From assembly GCF_009914755.1 (NCBI RefSeq), contig NC_060947.1: 64,000 bases of DNA, one strand, 5' to 3'. Both the position numbers and the translations under genes were made by a program. The notes under the pieces were generated by a model, which saw only the letters and a program-made list of their open reading frames with translations, searched no databases and was not told the DNA's origin. This stretch comes from the human T2T-CHM13v2.0 reference genome, Homo sapiens. Shown in pieces: positions 49,180 to 64,000 of the stretch. Numbering within the stretch: position 1 is the first letter of the stretch; the number at the start of each line of letters is the position of its first letter.

Positions 49180-50575
49180 ATTGCCTCCACTTACTCCTCA
49201 ACCTTCTGCAATCTGGCTTCTGCTCCCCTTATTTCGAACTGAAATTGCTCTCATTAAGGTCTCTAATGACCTCCATATTTCTAAATCTGATAGTTTGTCT
49301 TTATTTTACTGCATCTTTCTACAACATATGATATTATTGCTTATTCCATTTTTCAAAATATCTACTCCCCTGAATTCCATAACGTGTACTGTAATGGTTC
49401 TTTCTATGCCTCTCTGAATATTTGCTGTTTTGTTTCATGGACTCTTCTTCCTATACTTATCTCTTAAATGTCACTGTTTCCCAGGATTTGATCATTAGCC
49501 CACTGCTTTTCTCACTTTACGTACATTCCTGAATGATGGCTTTGATAACCATCTACCATCTATTACCCAAATCTCTCTCACTCTTTTCAGGCCTCTCCCC
49601 TGAACCTTGGTCTTGTAATATTTGTAACGGCCTGCTGGGCAGGTCCACTCAGATGTTTTAAAGGCATACAAATTGACAAATCCCTAACTGAACTCATCAT
49701 CACCTGGAATGCACCTTTTTCTCCTATATATTCTTAGATGATGGAACCACCATTCTCCCAAACATATAGGCTGGAAATTTTAGAGTGATCTTGGACTCCT
49801 TTTCTTTAATTTTAGAGTGATCTTGGACTCCTTTTCTTTCCTACATGTCCAATGAATCCCTAATTATTGTCTTGTGCTTATTAAGTTCACCTACTGCATG
49901 ATCACCAAACTGAACTGTCTTACCATTTCACTCCCTATTGCATATCTGAAGTTCAAGAGCCTTAAAATGACACATAAGCCCAATCTGTGTTCTAACCATC
50001 ATCCCCTGCTTTTAATCAATACTGATTTTGTTTGTCATCTTAACACACACTTTTTTTACCTCATATTTTCTCTTCCTTTCCTCACAGCATCTCCTTTTCC
50101 TGGAATATACTTTTCTTCCAGGATAATTCATCCATATCCTTTAAGAATCTACAACAATATTGCCTTCTCTAGAAAGTCTTCCCAAAGATGCTTCCCCTAA
50201 GGCTTGGCTGAGTATTTAATTTCTGTACTCCTGAACAGTATACCCCTCATCATAGCACACACTATAACTCTCTTCTCATTATCTTTGTATGCTAACCGCA
50301 TTTGAGAGAGAACACCATGAGGCAAAGGGCTGAGACATTTCATTTTGGTATCAGGGGATCCAATATAATCTAAGTTCTCAAACTGACTCACTGAGAACTA
50401 TATAACAGAGTAAAGAGAAAGCCTTAATACATTTCCATTAGACTAATTTTTAAACCAAAATGCCACAATCACTACATAGTACCTGCCTTGAAAGACTGGC
50501 TCATTTATCTCTGTATCCCTCTAGCACTGTGCCAGGCACATAGTCAATGTTCAAGAAAAGATGGTTGAAATAAAT
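49180..50575 (+). mobile_element. L2 3' portion
   Basis: actgaaattgctctcattaaggtctctaatgacctcc and terminal gcactgtgccaggcacatag...ttgaaataaat. Confidence 0.75.
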
Positions 50576-52443
50576 TGCAGGCCAGTTTTTGGACAGAGGG
50601 AAATATGCCTGACATTGGAACAGACTCTGCTTATGACAGCAAGGCTCCTCCTCTTTCGAGTGCATAAGTCTACTCAGGAAACCGAATTGAATTTCAGCAG
50701 GTTGCCTGGTAAATCTGCTGTCCTAGAAAAAAAAAAAAAAATGAGTGACCGGTTTTGCTAGATGCATCATTCAAGCCAGGCTGGAATCTCTAGAAATAAT
50801 CTCTTTCTACCCTAAGGGACAAATCTGTCCAGACAACTGGAATCCTAAAGCAGCGAAGTAATAGAAAGCAGTCTGGCAACATTTCTATACCCACTGGATG
50901 ACAATAAGAAAAATAAGTAAATAGTTATGAAAGATTTTCATTGCTTCTCAAGGGCATAAAAAAAATACCCTCGCCTATGATGACTTGTGAAATAGAGTTA
51001 GAACCTTGATAAATTCTGACTTCTGGCTGATCTTTTTAAGTCTTTGTTTTAATAGGCTAATCTGAAAAATACTTCTATAAACATCTGTTTGCATCTAATC
51101 TCATTGTCCCAAAAGTGACTAAAAAATGTCATAGTACCATAATGAGGCTGTCTAGACTTTGAAAAGTGTAATATGATCGTGATGCTAAAATCTTTGGAAT
51201 TTGGCTCTCACAATATCTAATATTTAAAATGTTCAGCTTTTTCTCTGTATCGGGTGCCATTCTGGTCATTTTACTTTATTGTTTCATTACTAAAGTCTTT
51301 GTAACTGCCCTGTTAGGTGGGTCTTTAATATTATTTTTATGTTCACAAGGGGAAATTAAAATGAGAAAAACATAGCTCTTAAGTGGCAGAACAAAGATGT
51401 GAACCCATATGTATGGCCATACACTGAGAACTTTGACCTGTCACGCTAAATTGTGACTATCCATTGTAAGTAGAAACAGTTTTTTGCTTGAGGCTTGTTT
51501 ATTGATTTGTGTGCATGCTCTTCACATCCATCAGAAGATTAGTATGGGCCAGGTACTAGATTACCTCATTTAGTTCTGTTAATACTCTTCAGTGTAAGTA
51601 CCATTATTATCCCCATCTTACGAATAAGGAAACTGCTGTTTAGAAAGGTTCATTTTGCGAATGCATAAACGCAAAGTGGGCCTAATTGGTTAGGAAACAA
51701 ATGAGTCTAGTAGTCTACATTAATAAGTTCAAAGACTACACATAGCAGTTAGCTTTACTTTGCTCCATTGTTATAAGTGGTAAGAAAGAATATAATGCTT
51801 AGTGCTAAGACTTCCCTTTCCACCCCACACTGCCTGCACTAGGAAGGGAAAATTAACCCGGAATGCATGCTTTACTAAACATCGGTCAGTACCTTTTACC
51901 ATCAAAGGACAGACTTTTTTTTTTTTTGAAGTCTCATGTGATTTTTATCATTGAAGTAAAACTCTCTCCAGGTGATGTAATGACATACCTCCTATTTTTT
52001 CTGGATTTTTACCCATCTGTTTGGAGAGAGTCAATCTTTTAGAGAGAATGACTTTTTAAGACTTTAACTTTTAGAATTTATAATCTAAGATACGTGAAAT
52101 ACCTTTATAAATGATAACTGTGTGGACACAAATTTATTCATGTTCTAAAATTTGTAAGCCATGACTTTCCCATCAGGGAACATTCCACGGCCCTTACTGA
52201 AACAGGGCAGAAAACTGGCACCTGTTTTATATCCTTTTTTTCTTTCCATTATAGTATACTTAGTGATGGTATAATCAACAAGGAATTAGTTTAGAGATTA
52301 TTGGATCCTATGCTACTCTTTCTTAAAATTGAAAACAATATGTACTTTGTAGCTAAAGACTGAGAATTTAACATCCTATCTAGATTTTGTTCTCTAGTTT
52401 GACAAATTAATCATGCTCAATGCCAAAAATTCAGATATTATAG

Positions 52444-52445
<2 letters not shown>

Positions 52446-52490
<45 letters not shown>
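52446..52490. repeat. (TA)n microsatellite
   Basis: Read directly from the sequence. Confidence 0.95.
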
Positions 52491-52495
<5 letters not shown>

Positions 52496-52499
52496 ATCA

Positions 52500-52800
52500 G
52501 ATGGTTGCGGTGGCTCATGCCTGTAATCCTAGCACTTTGGGAGGCTGAGGTGGGTGGCTCACCTGAGGTCAAGAGTTCAAGACCAACCTGGCCAACATGG
52601 TGAAACCCCATCTCTACTAAAATACAAAAATTAGCTGGGCATGATGACGGGTGCCTGTAATCCCAGCTACTCGGGAGGCTGAAACAGAAGAATCGCTTGA
52701 ACCCAGGAGACGGTGGTTGCAGTGAGCCAAGCTCGCACCACTGCACTCCAGCCTGCATGGCCGAGAGAGACTCCATCTCAAAAAAAAAAAAAAAAAAAAA
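52500..52800 (+). mobile_element. AluS
   Basis: Full Alu with A tail; flanks aaaga[a/g]tca. Confidence 0.93.
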
Positions 52801-55800
52801 GAGTCATCCCACCATTCATAGATAGCCACTATTTTTTATTGGTGTATATCCCTCTAAACTTTAAAAATTATAATATTATAAATTATATTTTTTTCAAAAA
52901 GCAGATTATGACATACTCTTATAACTTGCCTTTTTCACCTTATCATATGGACCTCTTTTTATCAAGTACATGTAGATCTATGTAATAGTTTAGATTGACT
53001 GCATAGTATCCCAATGTTTGTAGGTTCCCTGTTTTGTCTAATCCCATGATGGACATATTGGTTATTTATGATATTCATTAGTATAAACAATGCTGCAAAG
53101 AACATCAGTGTATGATGATCTAGCTTTATACATTTATCCGATAATGTGAGGACTGGCTTTGTCCCAATAGATGTAAATGTCAGGAATGATTCTTTGAGAC
53201 ATCTTATATGAGAAGCAAGTTGCTAGGTTAGTAGCCATTTTTATTCATGTATAGGCTCAGCCTGGCACTCAGGTTGTGCATGGATTGTGTTAGACACTAG
53301 AAATATAAAGGAACTTGTGCCAATTATGAATATGGAATCAAGAAGCTGTGTTTTAACTGTGTCCTAATTGTTCATATTTAAAACAACTTTTGACTGGCTT
53401 CTACCTTAAGGGACAATTTGTATTTTAAAACAATGGCACCGACAGCTGTTAAAGTGTGTGTGATATTAACCATACAGGTTGCCTTTGTTCATACAACTGG
53501 TTAAGTAATTAAGCACAGGCTAGCATGGGGAACATTGCTAATGGGAAGCACCTGTTTATAGACTCTTGCATTGTAAGCTGTAGGTTAAGTATCTTTTATC
53601 AAAATCATAGGCAGTGGTATATTTCTGTGATCTGGTTCTTTGGGAAATGGAGACATCATGCAGGGTGAATGAACGACTGCCATTTCTGCCTCACTGCTGA
53701 AACTAGCGAGCCTGCATATCAAGGGTACCTGGGCTTACTTAAGCTGGGGAGTTGGACTGACTACCCTAAAACTTCCATCATCAGCAAGAAATACGTAGCC
53801 CAGACCCAAGAGATGGGTTGCACATGTTAAAAACAAAAAGAGTAGATACATGGTCTTAGAGTGATTCAGAAACAAAGGCAGATGACAGGTAAGTGTATTC
53901 TAAGTCAGCATATCAGCAACAAAGTTCAGGCAGATCACAAACAACTGCCTCAGAAAATGACAGAGGATTGTCCATCATGTGCTCAAAGTTAGAGAAATGG
54001 CTGATGCCTACTATTCTTAGTCATAGGCATATATGCCACACATGGAGTAGAAAGGCACAGAGATGACAGGTGATAGTAATGAATTGACCTTGTAGCCACC
54101 ATGCCGTTTAACAGCTAGTTTATTCTCCACCAACCCAAATGGCTGCTTGAGCTCTCACCCTGCCAAACACTCCTGGCCCAGGTTATTGCAATCTATGCCT
54201 TCATCGGCTTTTCTACTGTCACTCTTGATACTATCTAGGATATCTAGGCTTCAACAATAGAACCTCTTCGGAAGATTTCAGAGAGCCCATTTCTGCTCAC
54301 TTTTTAAAGCAGAACTCCTGTTTTCTATGTAAATGCTTCAAGACTGTTTTTTTAAAAAAATAGAATTAAAATTAAAATTACATGTTTATTGAAACAGCTG
54401 TCACTGTCTTAGTTCTAATAACTACAAGTCCAGTCAGTATATTTTATTTCATTATTTTCTTCCTTAGAAAATAAAGGTTAAATATGTATAGACATTCTGG
54501 TTCTTCCTTTATACATTCATTGCTTTTCATACCCTCTTTGCAAATAGGAAACATTTAGTCATTAAATAGCAATATTCGAGAACTAGAATTCCCTTTTTCT
54601 GCTAATCAAAAATTAACAGCTATCTTTCTGTTTCTTCTTGTTGAAATCCCCCTATCTTTTAAGGCTTAACTGGGAAGAAGTTGTCCCTGACTCCCAGCTC
54701 CTGTACTCAAGGGATATGATTTTTCTCCACTTTGAACCTCCATTGTACTTAAAATGTAATAGATGCTACAAGAGACAATATAGTTAGTTTCATGTTCTAG
54801 TTGTTGGTACATTTATCCTTTCTACCCTCATAATGTGCAAGGGTGCCTGTTAAGGTACCCTGCAGATAGCTTATGCAGTAACAACGTGTGGATAGACAGA
54901 CAGAAGAAAGCCTTTCCTTTCCTTGTATTAATGTCAAAATACATTCCCTCTGTGAAAGCAGCAGAGCTGAAGGTGAATTCAAGGATCAGTTTCTGATTTG
55001 GTGCTAATGATTGGATGATTATTTAATCAACAGACAAGTTTCTAGAAACTACTATGTATAAGCCACTATCATAGACACCTTGAGCATCTCTGTTGTAGTT
55101 TGTGTGGTTTCTGTTAGCTTGCTCTTCAATATGTTTCACATATATAACTTCCTTGGAAGCTTTACCAGCTATTGCCTAACTTTCTTCATATATTTATTTG
55201 TCACCTTTTTCTGTATTTTCTAGATATGCAGGCATCCTCATCAGACTTTGAACATCATAGAGAGAAAATCTGTCTTACGACCCAATTGCATTCTCTAGTA
55301 AAGAAGCAAACATAATGCATGGCTCATATACAAAACCAAGGACATTTAAAAAAATCTATTCACTAGCTTTGACATTGAGTCCAAAGATAATCAATGGCAA
55401 GGTCTGTGGCAGTTGAAATACTGAACAATATACTGATGTAATTTTTTCTTAACCATACTTTTCTAAGATTTCTTGAAATGCCCATGTTATCAATTATGTA
55501 AATGCCAGTCATTCAGAATCCCAAGAGATTGGCTGTACATGTTATAAAAATATCATGTTTATGGTAGATAAAAGTAAGTATTGCATATTTTCTACATTTG
55601 TAGTTTAATGTGGATACATTTTTAATGCCTTGAATTAATATTATTGTACTATGTGATTTTACTTTTATCAGGTATTTCAATCTTCCTAAAGTTACTATAA
55701 TTGAGTTTGTTTGATAATGTACCTTTACATTAGTACGAGACTTGATAGTTTGCAAAATATGAGGTTCATAATAGAGATGGAGAGTAGAGTTACTACCTGG

Positions 55801-56699
55801 CAGGGAGGATAAGAAGAAAGTGAAATATAGAAAAGTGATTTAATCTCACTACTGCAGTTTTGTAAAATCTAATTTGTTTTTCCCCTAGCACAGCAGAGTT
55901 TCATGTTGATAACAAGCTACTGAATTAATAAATCCATTGCAACTATTGAGATTTTTCCTTTAATAACATAACGAATGCTGAGCATTAAGAAAAGGAAAGG
56001 CGTTCTTTGCACAGAAGTTACCTCTAGCAGATCTACATCCCTATGCATAGGAACAATACCAACATCATACCGTGAACAATATCAATGTGAAAGTAATTTG
56101 TGCATCTCAATTAGAATACTGTATTTTCTACACAAAAGCACTCTGTTTCATGGAACACATTTGCTTATTTTCCAATTGGAAAGACATTTGGGGGTCTATT
56201 TTGTTATCATTACATGTGCTTAACTCCAATTACAGTTAATGGGAGTCGTGTGTCTATAGTCACAGTAGCCTCTGAACTATTTTAACATTATTGCTTTCCA
56301 TTACCATCCTCGTTAAAATAACTTTCATCTCTTCTACCAACCTGAACTACCACAGTAATCTAGGTTTCTGTTTTCTTTGCACGGATTTATTTGCATGTAA
56401 TGAAGGATACAGATTACACAACATGACCTGTTTCTAGTTTGCACATTATAATGTCATTGAGATTAGAATAGGTCTAGAACTATTTAATTGCTAAGTGGAG
56501 GTAATCGATTGGCTTCTAGACGAGTACCCATTGGGTTTGTTTATCTAGCTGTGTTATTTTTAAGTTGTTTTGGGATTATAGCATGTAGAGTTCTAAAATG
56601 TGTCCTAAAAAATACATAGTTTAAATGAAAATATGAGTAATGGAGGTTTAACTCCACCAGATATTAAAACATCTCATGAGGCTGAAATAATGAAATCAG

Positions 56700-57640
56700 G
56701 AGCTATTGGCACAAAAATATGGAATAATCTCAATGTCAATGGAACAGAAACCCGAGTATAGCAATTTATATTTGATAAAGGAGGTAACATGAATCATTAT
56801 AGAAATTCATGATTATTCAACAAATAGTGCAGGAACAGCCCATCTCCTCTTTGTAAGAAAAAAAAGAAACAAACTGGTGTGGAAACTTACCTGACATTGT
56901 ACAACAAAATGAATTATAGATAATTTAAATAGTTACATGTAAAAAAAAAAAACAAGTTAAACCTTAAAGAGCAAGAACTCATATAGTTGAATGTTTGTCA
57001 CATGTCTCTGGCTAGAGAAGGACTTTCTAAGCTTAAAAACAAAGAAACAAATCACAGTGTAAAAGATTGATAGATTTAGTTTCATAAAAACAGCAAAAAA
57101 TGAAACCATATATTCCTAAAAACCTACAACACAAAATAAATAACAATCAACAAGCAATCAACAAACAAAGGAAAATATTTCTAATAAATATTTCAATTGT
57201 TTAGTATCCCTAACATGTACCATTTAAAATAAAAACAAAAGCAGAAACCTAAGATCCCAATAGATAAATGGGCAAAAGACATGATCAGTATAGAAAGGAA
57301 GACATATGAAACGTTCCACCTAATTAGTATTTGAATAAATGCAAAAAGAATGAATCAGATGCAATTTTTTCACTTTTTATATTAGCACATTTTTAAAAAG
57401 ATTAATACCTAACAAAGAGATAAGATACACAAATTCATATACTGCCAATTGGATTTAAATTAATACAACTATTCTGGAATACATTTGGACTTACTTTTGC
57501 ATACCCTAACAATGCCACTTCTACATATGGCATATGTAAAGATGTAACTGTCATGTTCCAGAAGTTTAATGACATGGAAAATTTCTACAATACAATATTA
57601 AATGAAAAGGTAGAACACCAAACTGCATGTGTAGTTTGAG
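56700..57640 (+). mobile_element. Ancient L1M ORF2-end/3' fragment
   Basis: Degenerate L1 motifs tcaatggaacaga, atttgataaagg, attcaacaaatagtgc, ataaatgggcaaaagacatga. Confidence 0.65.
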
Positions 57641-58974
57641 CTCAGTATATATATATATATATACGTACACATACACAAAAGACACTATTCTGGTCACAGT
57701 GAGGAGAAAGAATCTGGTCAACTAGTAGAGCAATTGGCTGTCCCCCACAAAGAGATTAGGCTCAAGCCTAATTTGGCTGCCACCTTGCAGTCATTTCTGG
57801 TGAGTAAAAAACTATTTCCAAGTCAGGATTTCTAAAATCACAGAGAAAAGCATAAATAAAACCATTTTGGACACAAGGGGGAAAAAATGTAAGTCCATAT
57901 GAGATGATTTCAGTATAACAGTCCAAAATAAATCATCTTTCTCTCATCAGTGCTTGGGATGCAAATAGCTACTCTATGGACATTTTTGGAAGCAACATAA
58001 AAAGTTTTCTTGGTTTCCTTAGCCTAAGCTGCAATAGACCCAGACCTCTACTTGCTCTCTTTGCCAGAAACAATGCCTGACCACTGATGGTAAATCTGCC
58101 ACATTGTCACTTTCAAAGGGCTTTGGAGAAAGCAAAGCTCATTGTAAATTACAGAGGGTTTCTTTTACTTTGTTTTCTAGCCTACTAATTGGCATTAAAA
58201 TGGGATATTTTGTAACACTATGTATATAAGGGTCATAGACTTCGTTTATGTTATCCTGCTGTGAGGGACTAGTATATAATGTTAGGTCAACACTGGTATC
58301 TCTACATGCCTATGAAGCACCATAGGGAAAGAAACAGCCTTCCCCTAGGCAACAACAGATGGACGCCTAACCTTGTGGGGAATGAATAATGGACGTGGCC
58401 CTTTTATAACAGTTTTTTTCAATCCCAAGTTTACCGCCTCATGCCATATTCAAGATACAGCCTTGTACTTTTGGCACTCGCTCACTGTGTTAGAGGATTG
58501 TTTGCACACTCCCAGGTTACATAATGCAGCTCGAGTCCTCCAGTCTATCTCATGTCACATTGTGTTTAAGCTTTATCTGTATTGTGCTTATTCCCCAGTT
58601 ATTTCACTTGACAAAGTCTTCGGTAAGAAGGAAATTAATGATGTAGATTTAGGTGTGGATCTGAAACTTTGTGACATCCAGGTATTTTGTGGATGATGTG
58701 CTTTGTACATAGTTGCTGAATAAATGATTGCATGAATGAATTCTGAAGCAATACTATAATGGGTTTAGTCCATTTACTGCAGGACTCAGTTAAGAAGGTT
58801 TTGAGATGAATGCCAAATCAATTTATGCTTAGAAAAGGCATAAAGCTTCTTACTCATATGACAGCAGGGAAAGCCTTGACATCTGTTTGAGCTGGTTAAC
58901 CTGATATTCAGAAGCTGCAGAACCATGTTTAAGCTGGGCCATGGTTTTATATTCCTTTTTAGTGAAAGATTTGA

Positions 58975-59395
<421 letters not shown>

Positions 59396-62300
59396 CAGGA
59401 TGCACATTTTCATATAACTATGTTCCTGTCTTCAACCTTATGCTTTAACCAGGTCACTCTTCATAGTATCAGAATCTATTCACCTTCACATGGGGCACAT
59501 TTCAAAGCCTTTGATGAACAAAAAGAATCTGTTAGCGCATGCATAGCCGGCTCTGGTAGATTTGGAAGGTCCATTTTGGGATTGATTTCTCAGGCTTATT
59601 GCTGCATTAAGGCTCATGTTTACAAACATTAGAATCCCTTAATGAATTCTTAGACCATAATGTGTTAGTCTATGAATTAAGAAAAATGAAGCAGATGAAG
59701 AATATGACAAATCATGTTACCCCATCCTCCAATCAAGCGTGTTTTTCTGTATTTCATTGCACAATGTCCCCAACAAGCATATATACACAGACAGACCCTC
59801 CTCTTCCATTTTTCTCTCTTTGATTTCCAAAAAGATAACAGGCAGATTGGAAGGGATACCACTACTTGTTAACAAAGCCCTCCATATAATCTCAGGTAAA
59901 TACATGTGTTGTCAACTATTGACTTTTTGAAGGAGAAGCCTGTATTTTTTTCACTTAAACTATACTAGTATTAGGAGAATGAGACTAGTTAGAAAAGTGA
60001 ATTGGATTCAGGCTAGGTCTCATGGAGCTCTCAGATCATATCACATGAGCACCCAGTTTCTCCACCTGTTTCCAAAGAGGACATACAATCATGGCCACTA
60101 TCACCCAAATTAATGTATATCACCTCTGGCAGCAATCATATCTAACATTTGTCCTTTCCTCATAAATGTGATGCCAACTATGAGTCCTGACCTTATAAGG
60201 GCCAGGCCACTGCTTTTTCCCCATTCGTTTTTAATACTATAAATATAAAAGTTGTATTTCAAACAATTGAGTGATTTTCAATCTCTGCTTAAAAAACATG
60301 ACTCCAAACGTGGAAGTCGTCATCATTAGATTGCTAGCCACTAGAATGTGAAGATAAATGAAATCAAATTTACACACACACACAAACATGCAGAGTATAA
60401 GAGTATATATATGTATATATATTTGTTGGTTTTTAAACTAAATTAGTTTTAACATAAATACAGAGAGTTGGAAATAAAAGATCCAGATCAGCCATTGCTG
60501 CTATTGTTTCTAATGATATTTTTTTCATAAACGTTGTAGGTTGACATTGTGAAAATGTAAGTGGCAACTTTTACAGAATTGCTTCTTATAATTATCTCAT
60601 TAATATTGGGACAAATTAGGCATCCAGAGAGGTGTGGGAGGTGGAGGCAAAGAAGGAAAGGAGAAAGGAATAAAGGGAGGGAGAAAATCTAGAATAATTC
60701 TGTTTTGTGCATGTCAAAAGCTGGATTTAGGCCCTGAACTCAATGTTTATCCTGCCTTGCAAAAGCTTCCATGTCTTTTCGTCAGTTTGTTTTGACCCGA
60801 AACTTTGTTTTCTCACACCAGATGACACCAGTAAGTTGCAGGTTGATGTGAAGCCTTACATCCCATCATTTATTGCTGCAAAGCTGGGTTTTTGGATGTG
60901 GTACTTGTCTTGGACCCAGTGGGTAGTGAGTGATGGTGTGGGGTGCCAGTAGCATTACTGAAGTGAAGTGTGGATGCCTGTTGACCTTAGTGTGTAGGAC
61001 CACCAAGGCACAAGCCTTTTTTCAAGTCAGCATGATCCTCTGGGAATGCTACCGTCATTCTCACGTCTGGTAGCTTTAACACTGAATACTTTCATGCTAG
61101 CAATGCGGTGGGAACCATTGTATTGTAATCTCATTTTTAAATGTTTTCTAAGAAGTAGAAAACCAATCTGTATGCAAACCAGTGACATCTAAGTAATAAG
61201 TCCTTTATTCGGGAATGTTATCTTCACATTTTTAGCTGAATTGTGATCCATATCTCAAACTAAATAATGGATTTTTTAATGGTATCTTCAAAAGGACACC
61301 CAAATAATCCATCACTCAGATATATCTCTGAGTAGAGAAAATGCCTCTTTCTTTCTCACCTCTCAGTGATATTATTGCATCATGAAGCACTCAGTATGCT
61401 TTAAGTTTATGGCTGGTTGGCTCAGGACACATACCGTGGTGTTAATGAGGCTGGGGTCATGGAGGCCCGTTAGCTTTGCTCTGTTTGCTGACCACAGACT
61501 ACCGGGAAATCAGTCAAGAGATGCTAGCACAGACAAGAACGGCACCATGGCAAAACCTCAGTAGTTCTCAGTTTTTCCTCCCCATACAACAGGCAGGATG
61601 TGTTAGTTGGGCGTCATCATCTCAAGGAGGAAATGAGTAGCAGCTTGGGAGGCCCCAACCTTTAACTCTGAACAAAGCAGGCCTGACATTTAGGCATTAA
61701 CTTTGCATTATAATCCCCCATCATACCATTGATTTGCTGTGTAACCTTCATCACTAAAGCAGAGATAATAGGATAGAATGAAATGGGCTTACCTCCCGGA
61801 GATGTTGTGTGAATTAGCAAATTAACGAGTGTAAAGTGTTAGCATTTATGTAAGTGCTGGTGGTTGTCATTATTTCTAGGGACCTAGTCTCATTCTAAAT
61901 AGAGAATCTAAGTATATTATGCTTTTGTCAGAAAGGGATTTTCACCCCACATCAATTGCATTTAAGCTGAGCATAAAACAGAGGTGATAATAACATAGTA
62001 GTGATCATTGCAATGCAGAGCTGTAAACCTTTTCCCTATTAAAGCTAGAACTATTTTCAGCAACTTTCAATGCTTTTAAACTTTGTTTTCCAAGTTTTGT
62101 TATCTCTATAATAATTATTCTTCCTGTGATGGGTGGTGGGAATGGGACCTGGAATAGGTCCTATTCATTATTCATTCCCATGATGACTATATAATATATT
62201 GAATTTTTTTACATCATACAATCAAGCAAATTTGGTAGCTAGTGTGATTGCCACATATTGCAATCATTGTAAAAAATAAAAACTCTTTTCTGCTCTGCCT

Positions 62301-62716
62301 ATGCTGGTGTCCTCTAGAGGTAGCCAACATACAGATTGAAAACTCATGGGGAATTGAAGTGCTTTCCAACAAAAGGTGCTGTATATAGATCTTTTCAATT
62401 TAACATCTTTACCAAAGAATTTTGTTGTTGCCTGCTATTTCCAAGGGGACTGTGCTTGAGAGACTGCTTCCATTTCTTTTATCACTCTGACTTCACTTAC
62501 CAAGAAAAGTCATTTATTGCTGATTGCAGAACTCTTGAACTCAGCCGGGCAGCTGCCGCATGAACTCCTCAGATCTGAGTTCCTTGTTACTTATTTACAT
62601 TTTCATTTGAAGTGATTTTTCAGGACTATTTGAAAACCTTTCTCAACCTAACATCATGTAATAGCAAAGATCTAAAACTTACCATGCTTTTGGTCCTTTT
62701 TCTGTTTGTCTTACAG

Positions 62717-62781
62717 ATAACAGACGAGTACCTTTGGAAAGGTCACGCTCTCGCCACAATGGAGCTATCTCATCTAAGTGA
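62717..62781 (+). CDS. DIAPH2: Coding part of the terminal exon of diaphanous-related formin 2 (DIA-156-type C-terminus), phase-1 acceptor
   Basis: Long polypyrimidine tract and acceptor ctttttctgtttgtcttacag| (AG at 62715-62716), with branch-like cttAc (A at 62681). Reads AT AAC AGA CGA GTA CCT TTG GAA AGG TCA CGC TCT CGC CAC AAT GGA GCT ATC TCA TCT AAG TGA = (D)NRRVPLERSRSRHNGAISSK*. This matches my recollection of the DIAPH2 C-terminus after the DAD motif. Confidence 0.9.
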
Positions 62782-64000
62782 TTCCTGATGCCAAAGAATA
62801 TGAAAATATTTAAGTAAAAACAAAATGATGCATTTTGAGAAGAACAAAGTGTGCACTCAGCGGCTGGAAAGGAAATAAGTGCATTTCTGCAAAGATCAAG
62901 ATAAGCTGGATGAAGTAGTGTGCATTTGTAATACTATTGCAAGACTCCTCCCACAATTATTCTAATCTGAACACAGTTATCAGGATTACAAAATGTGTTC
63001 CATTTTAGTGTAAAGATGTGTATCATTTGTAATTGTGTGTGACCTGACTGTGATGATGGAAGTGTAAGAAATTGAAGAGTTCTAAGGCTTTCAAAAACAC
63101 TCAGTCAAAAATTTAAAATCTTAAATGTGTAAGTCACCCCCACCAAAAAACAAAAGAGAAGAAAAAGAATAGAAAGAATTATCCAGTGTCAGCTTCCAAT
63201 CCCTAGTACATATATAATAGAAAAGGGCCAAGAAAAATATGCATCTTGATTTGGAGAGAGGCTAATATTATGCACACTGTAAGAGAAGCCATTTTGGAAA
63301 TTCACGAAAGTACTGCTCCACCCCAGTTGAGTTATTTAGAATTTTATCTCAAGTGAAAGCTGATGGATTCATCTGCTTTGGCTGAAATTAAACTTATCAT
63401 TAGTCTAGCTAGCATTTCAGCATGATATTGCAAGCACTTCTCATTGCTAAAAATAAATAAACCAAAGTTTAACCGAATCAGTTAGGGAAAGTGATTTAAA
63501 CTTTATTTAAAGAGGTATTTTCTAATTATGCACAGATATCTACTTTATACAAATACTTTATATGGCTATTTTTGAGAAAACCCTCACATTTTAATGTTTA
63601 TGCTAGGGATGAACCTGAAAATTCTATTACGTTTATTTAGATTTCAAAGGCAAATATTGATTCCTATGCTCTGTGGTTTATTTCTTTTTTCTATTGCTTC
63701 TTTCTCCCTTGAGTCCCTTGAAGGCAGGGAATAGACTTCTAGAAAACCTGAGAGGAAAAAGAATTCTTTTTACAGGAGGCAGCAGAAAACTGTCTGAAAG
63801 GTCAATTGTTTTATCTCCCTTTCCACTCTCTTTCCAATTTCACTTTGGTGGTCTGAAGAAGAAAAAGAAATTTTATGTATGTATGTGTAAATATGTGTAT
63901 ATATTTCTATCTCTTGCTACAATAATTCCAACTAAGTGAACTTCTCAATTATCATCATACTTACTTACCTTATATTAACAAATTAAGATGATGCTGCCAA
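62782..64000 (+). other. DIAPH2: DIAPH2 3' UTR (probably continues beyond the window)
   Basis: Directly follows the TGA; AU-rich, no recognisable repeats; ATTAAA at 63387 and overlapping AATAAA at 63452/63456. Confidence 0.8.

Noticed and set aside
51961-52042. Acceptor-like ctctctccag|G as a possible alternative last exon
   Set aside because: Short pyrimidine tract, unremarkable peptide, no independent support.
55790-55811. ttactacctggcagggaggata, resembling the U1 snRNA 5' end
   Set aside because: Only about 22 nt with a gap and mismatches, no TSD and no further U1 sequence; compatible with chance.
62717-62788. Alternative frame of the last exon (ITDEYLWKGHALATMELSHLSDS*)
   Set aside because: The phase-1 frame matches the recognised DIAPH2 C-terminus; nothing supports use of this frame.

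Overview
Human-like (primate) genomic DNA, AT-rich and repeat-dense. The only host coding sequence I can support is a terminal exon at 62717-62781 (+), reading (D)NRRVPLERSRSRHNGAISSK*. From memory this is the C-terminus of the X-linked formin DIAPH2 (DIA-156 isoform). It is followed by 3' UTR, so 1-62716 is the distal part of the very large last DIAPH2 intron. The intron holds 14 Alus or Alu fragments, a near full-length dead L1PA2-like LINE-1 on the minus strand, several MaLR/ERV LTRs, L2, MIR and a Tigger-derived MER. Almost all listed ORFs are Alu, L1 or chance ORFs. I see no new gene system. The most interesting signals are mechanistic fossils. The L1 carries a 38-bp 3' transduction with its own polyA signal, a probable cap-derived 5' G, and an antisense promoter aimed at the DIAPH2 last exon. 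One Alu is tailless but has a perfect 17-bp TSD. There is also a palindromic templated-insertion cluster at 33.5 kb, an MST LTR that may drive antisense transcription, and several local duplications. Repeat subfamily calls and the boundaries of old repeats are by eye and approximate.
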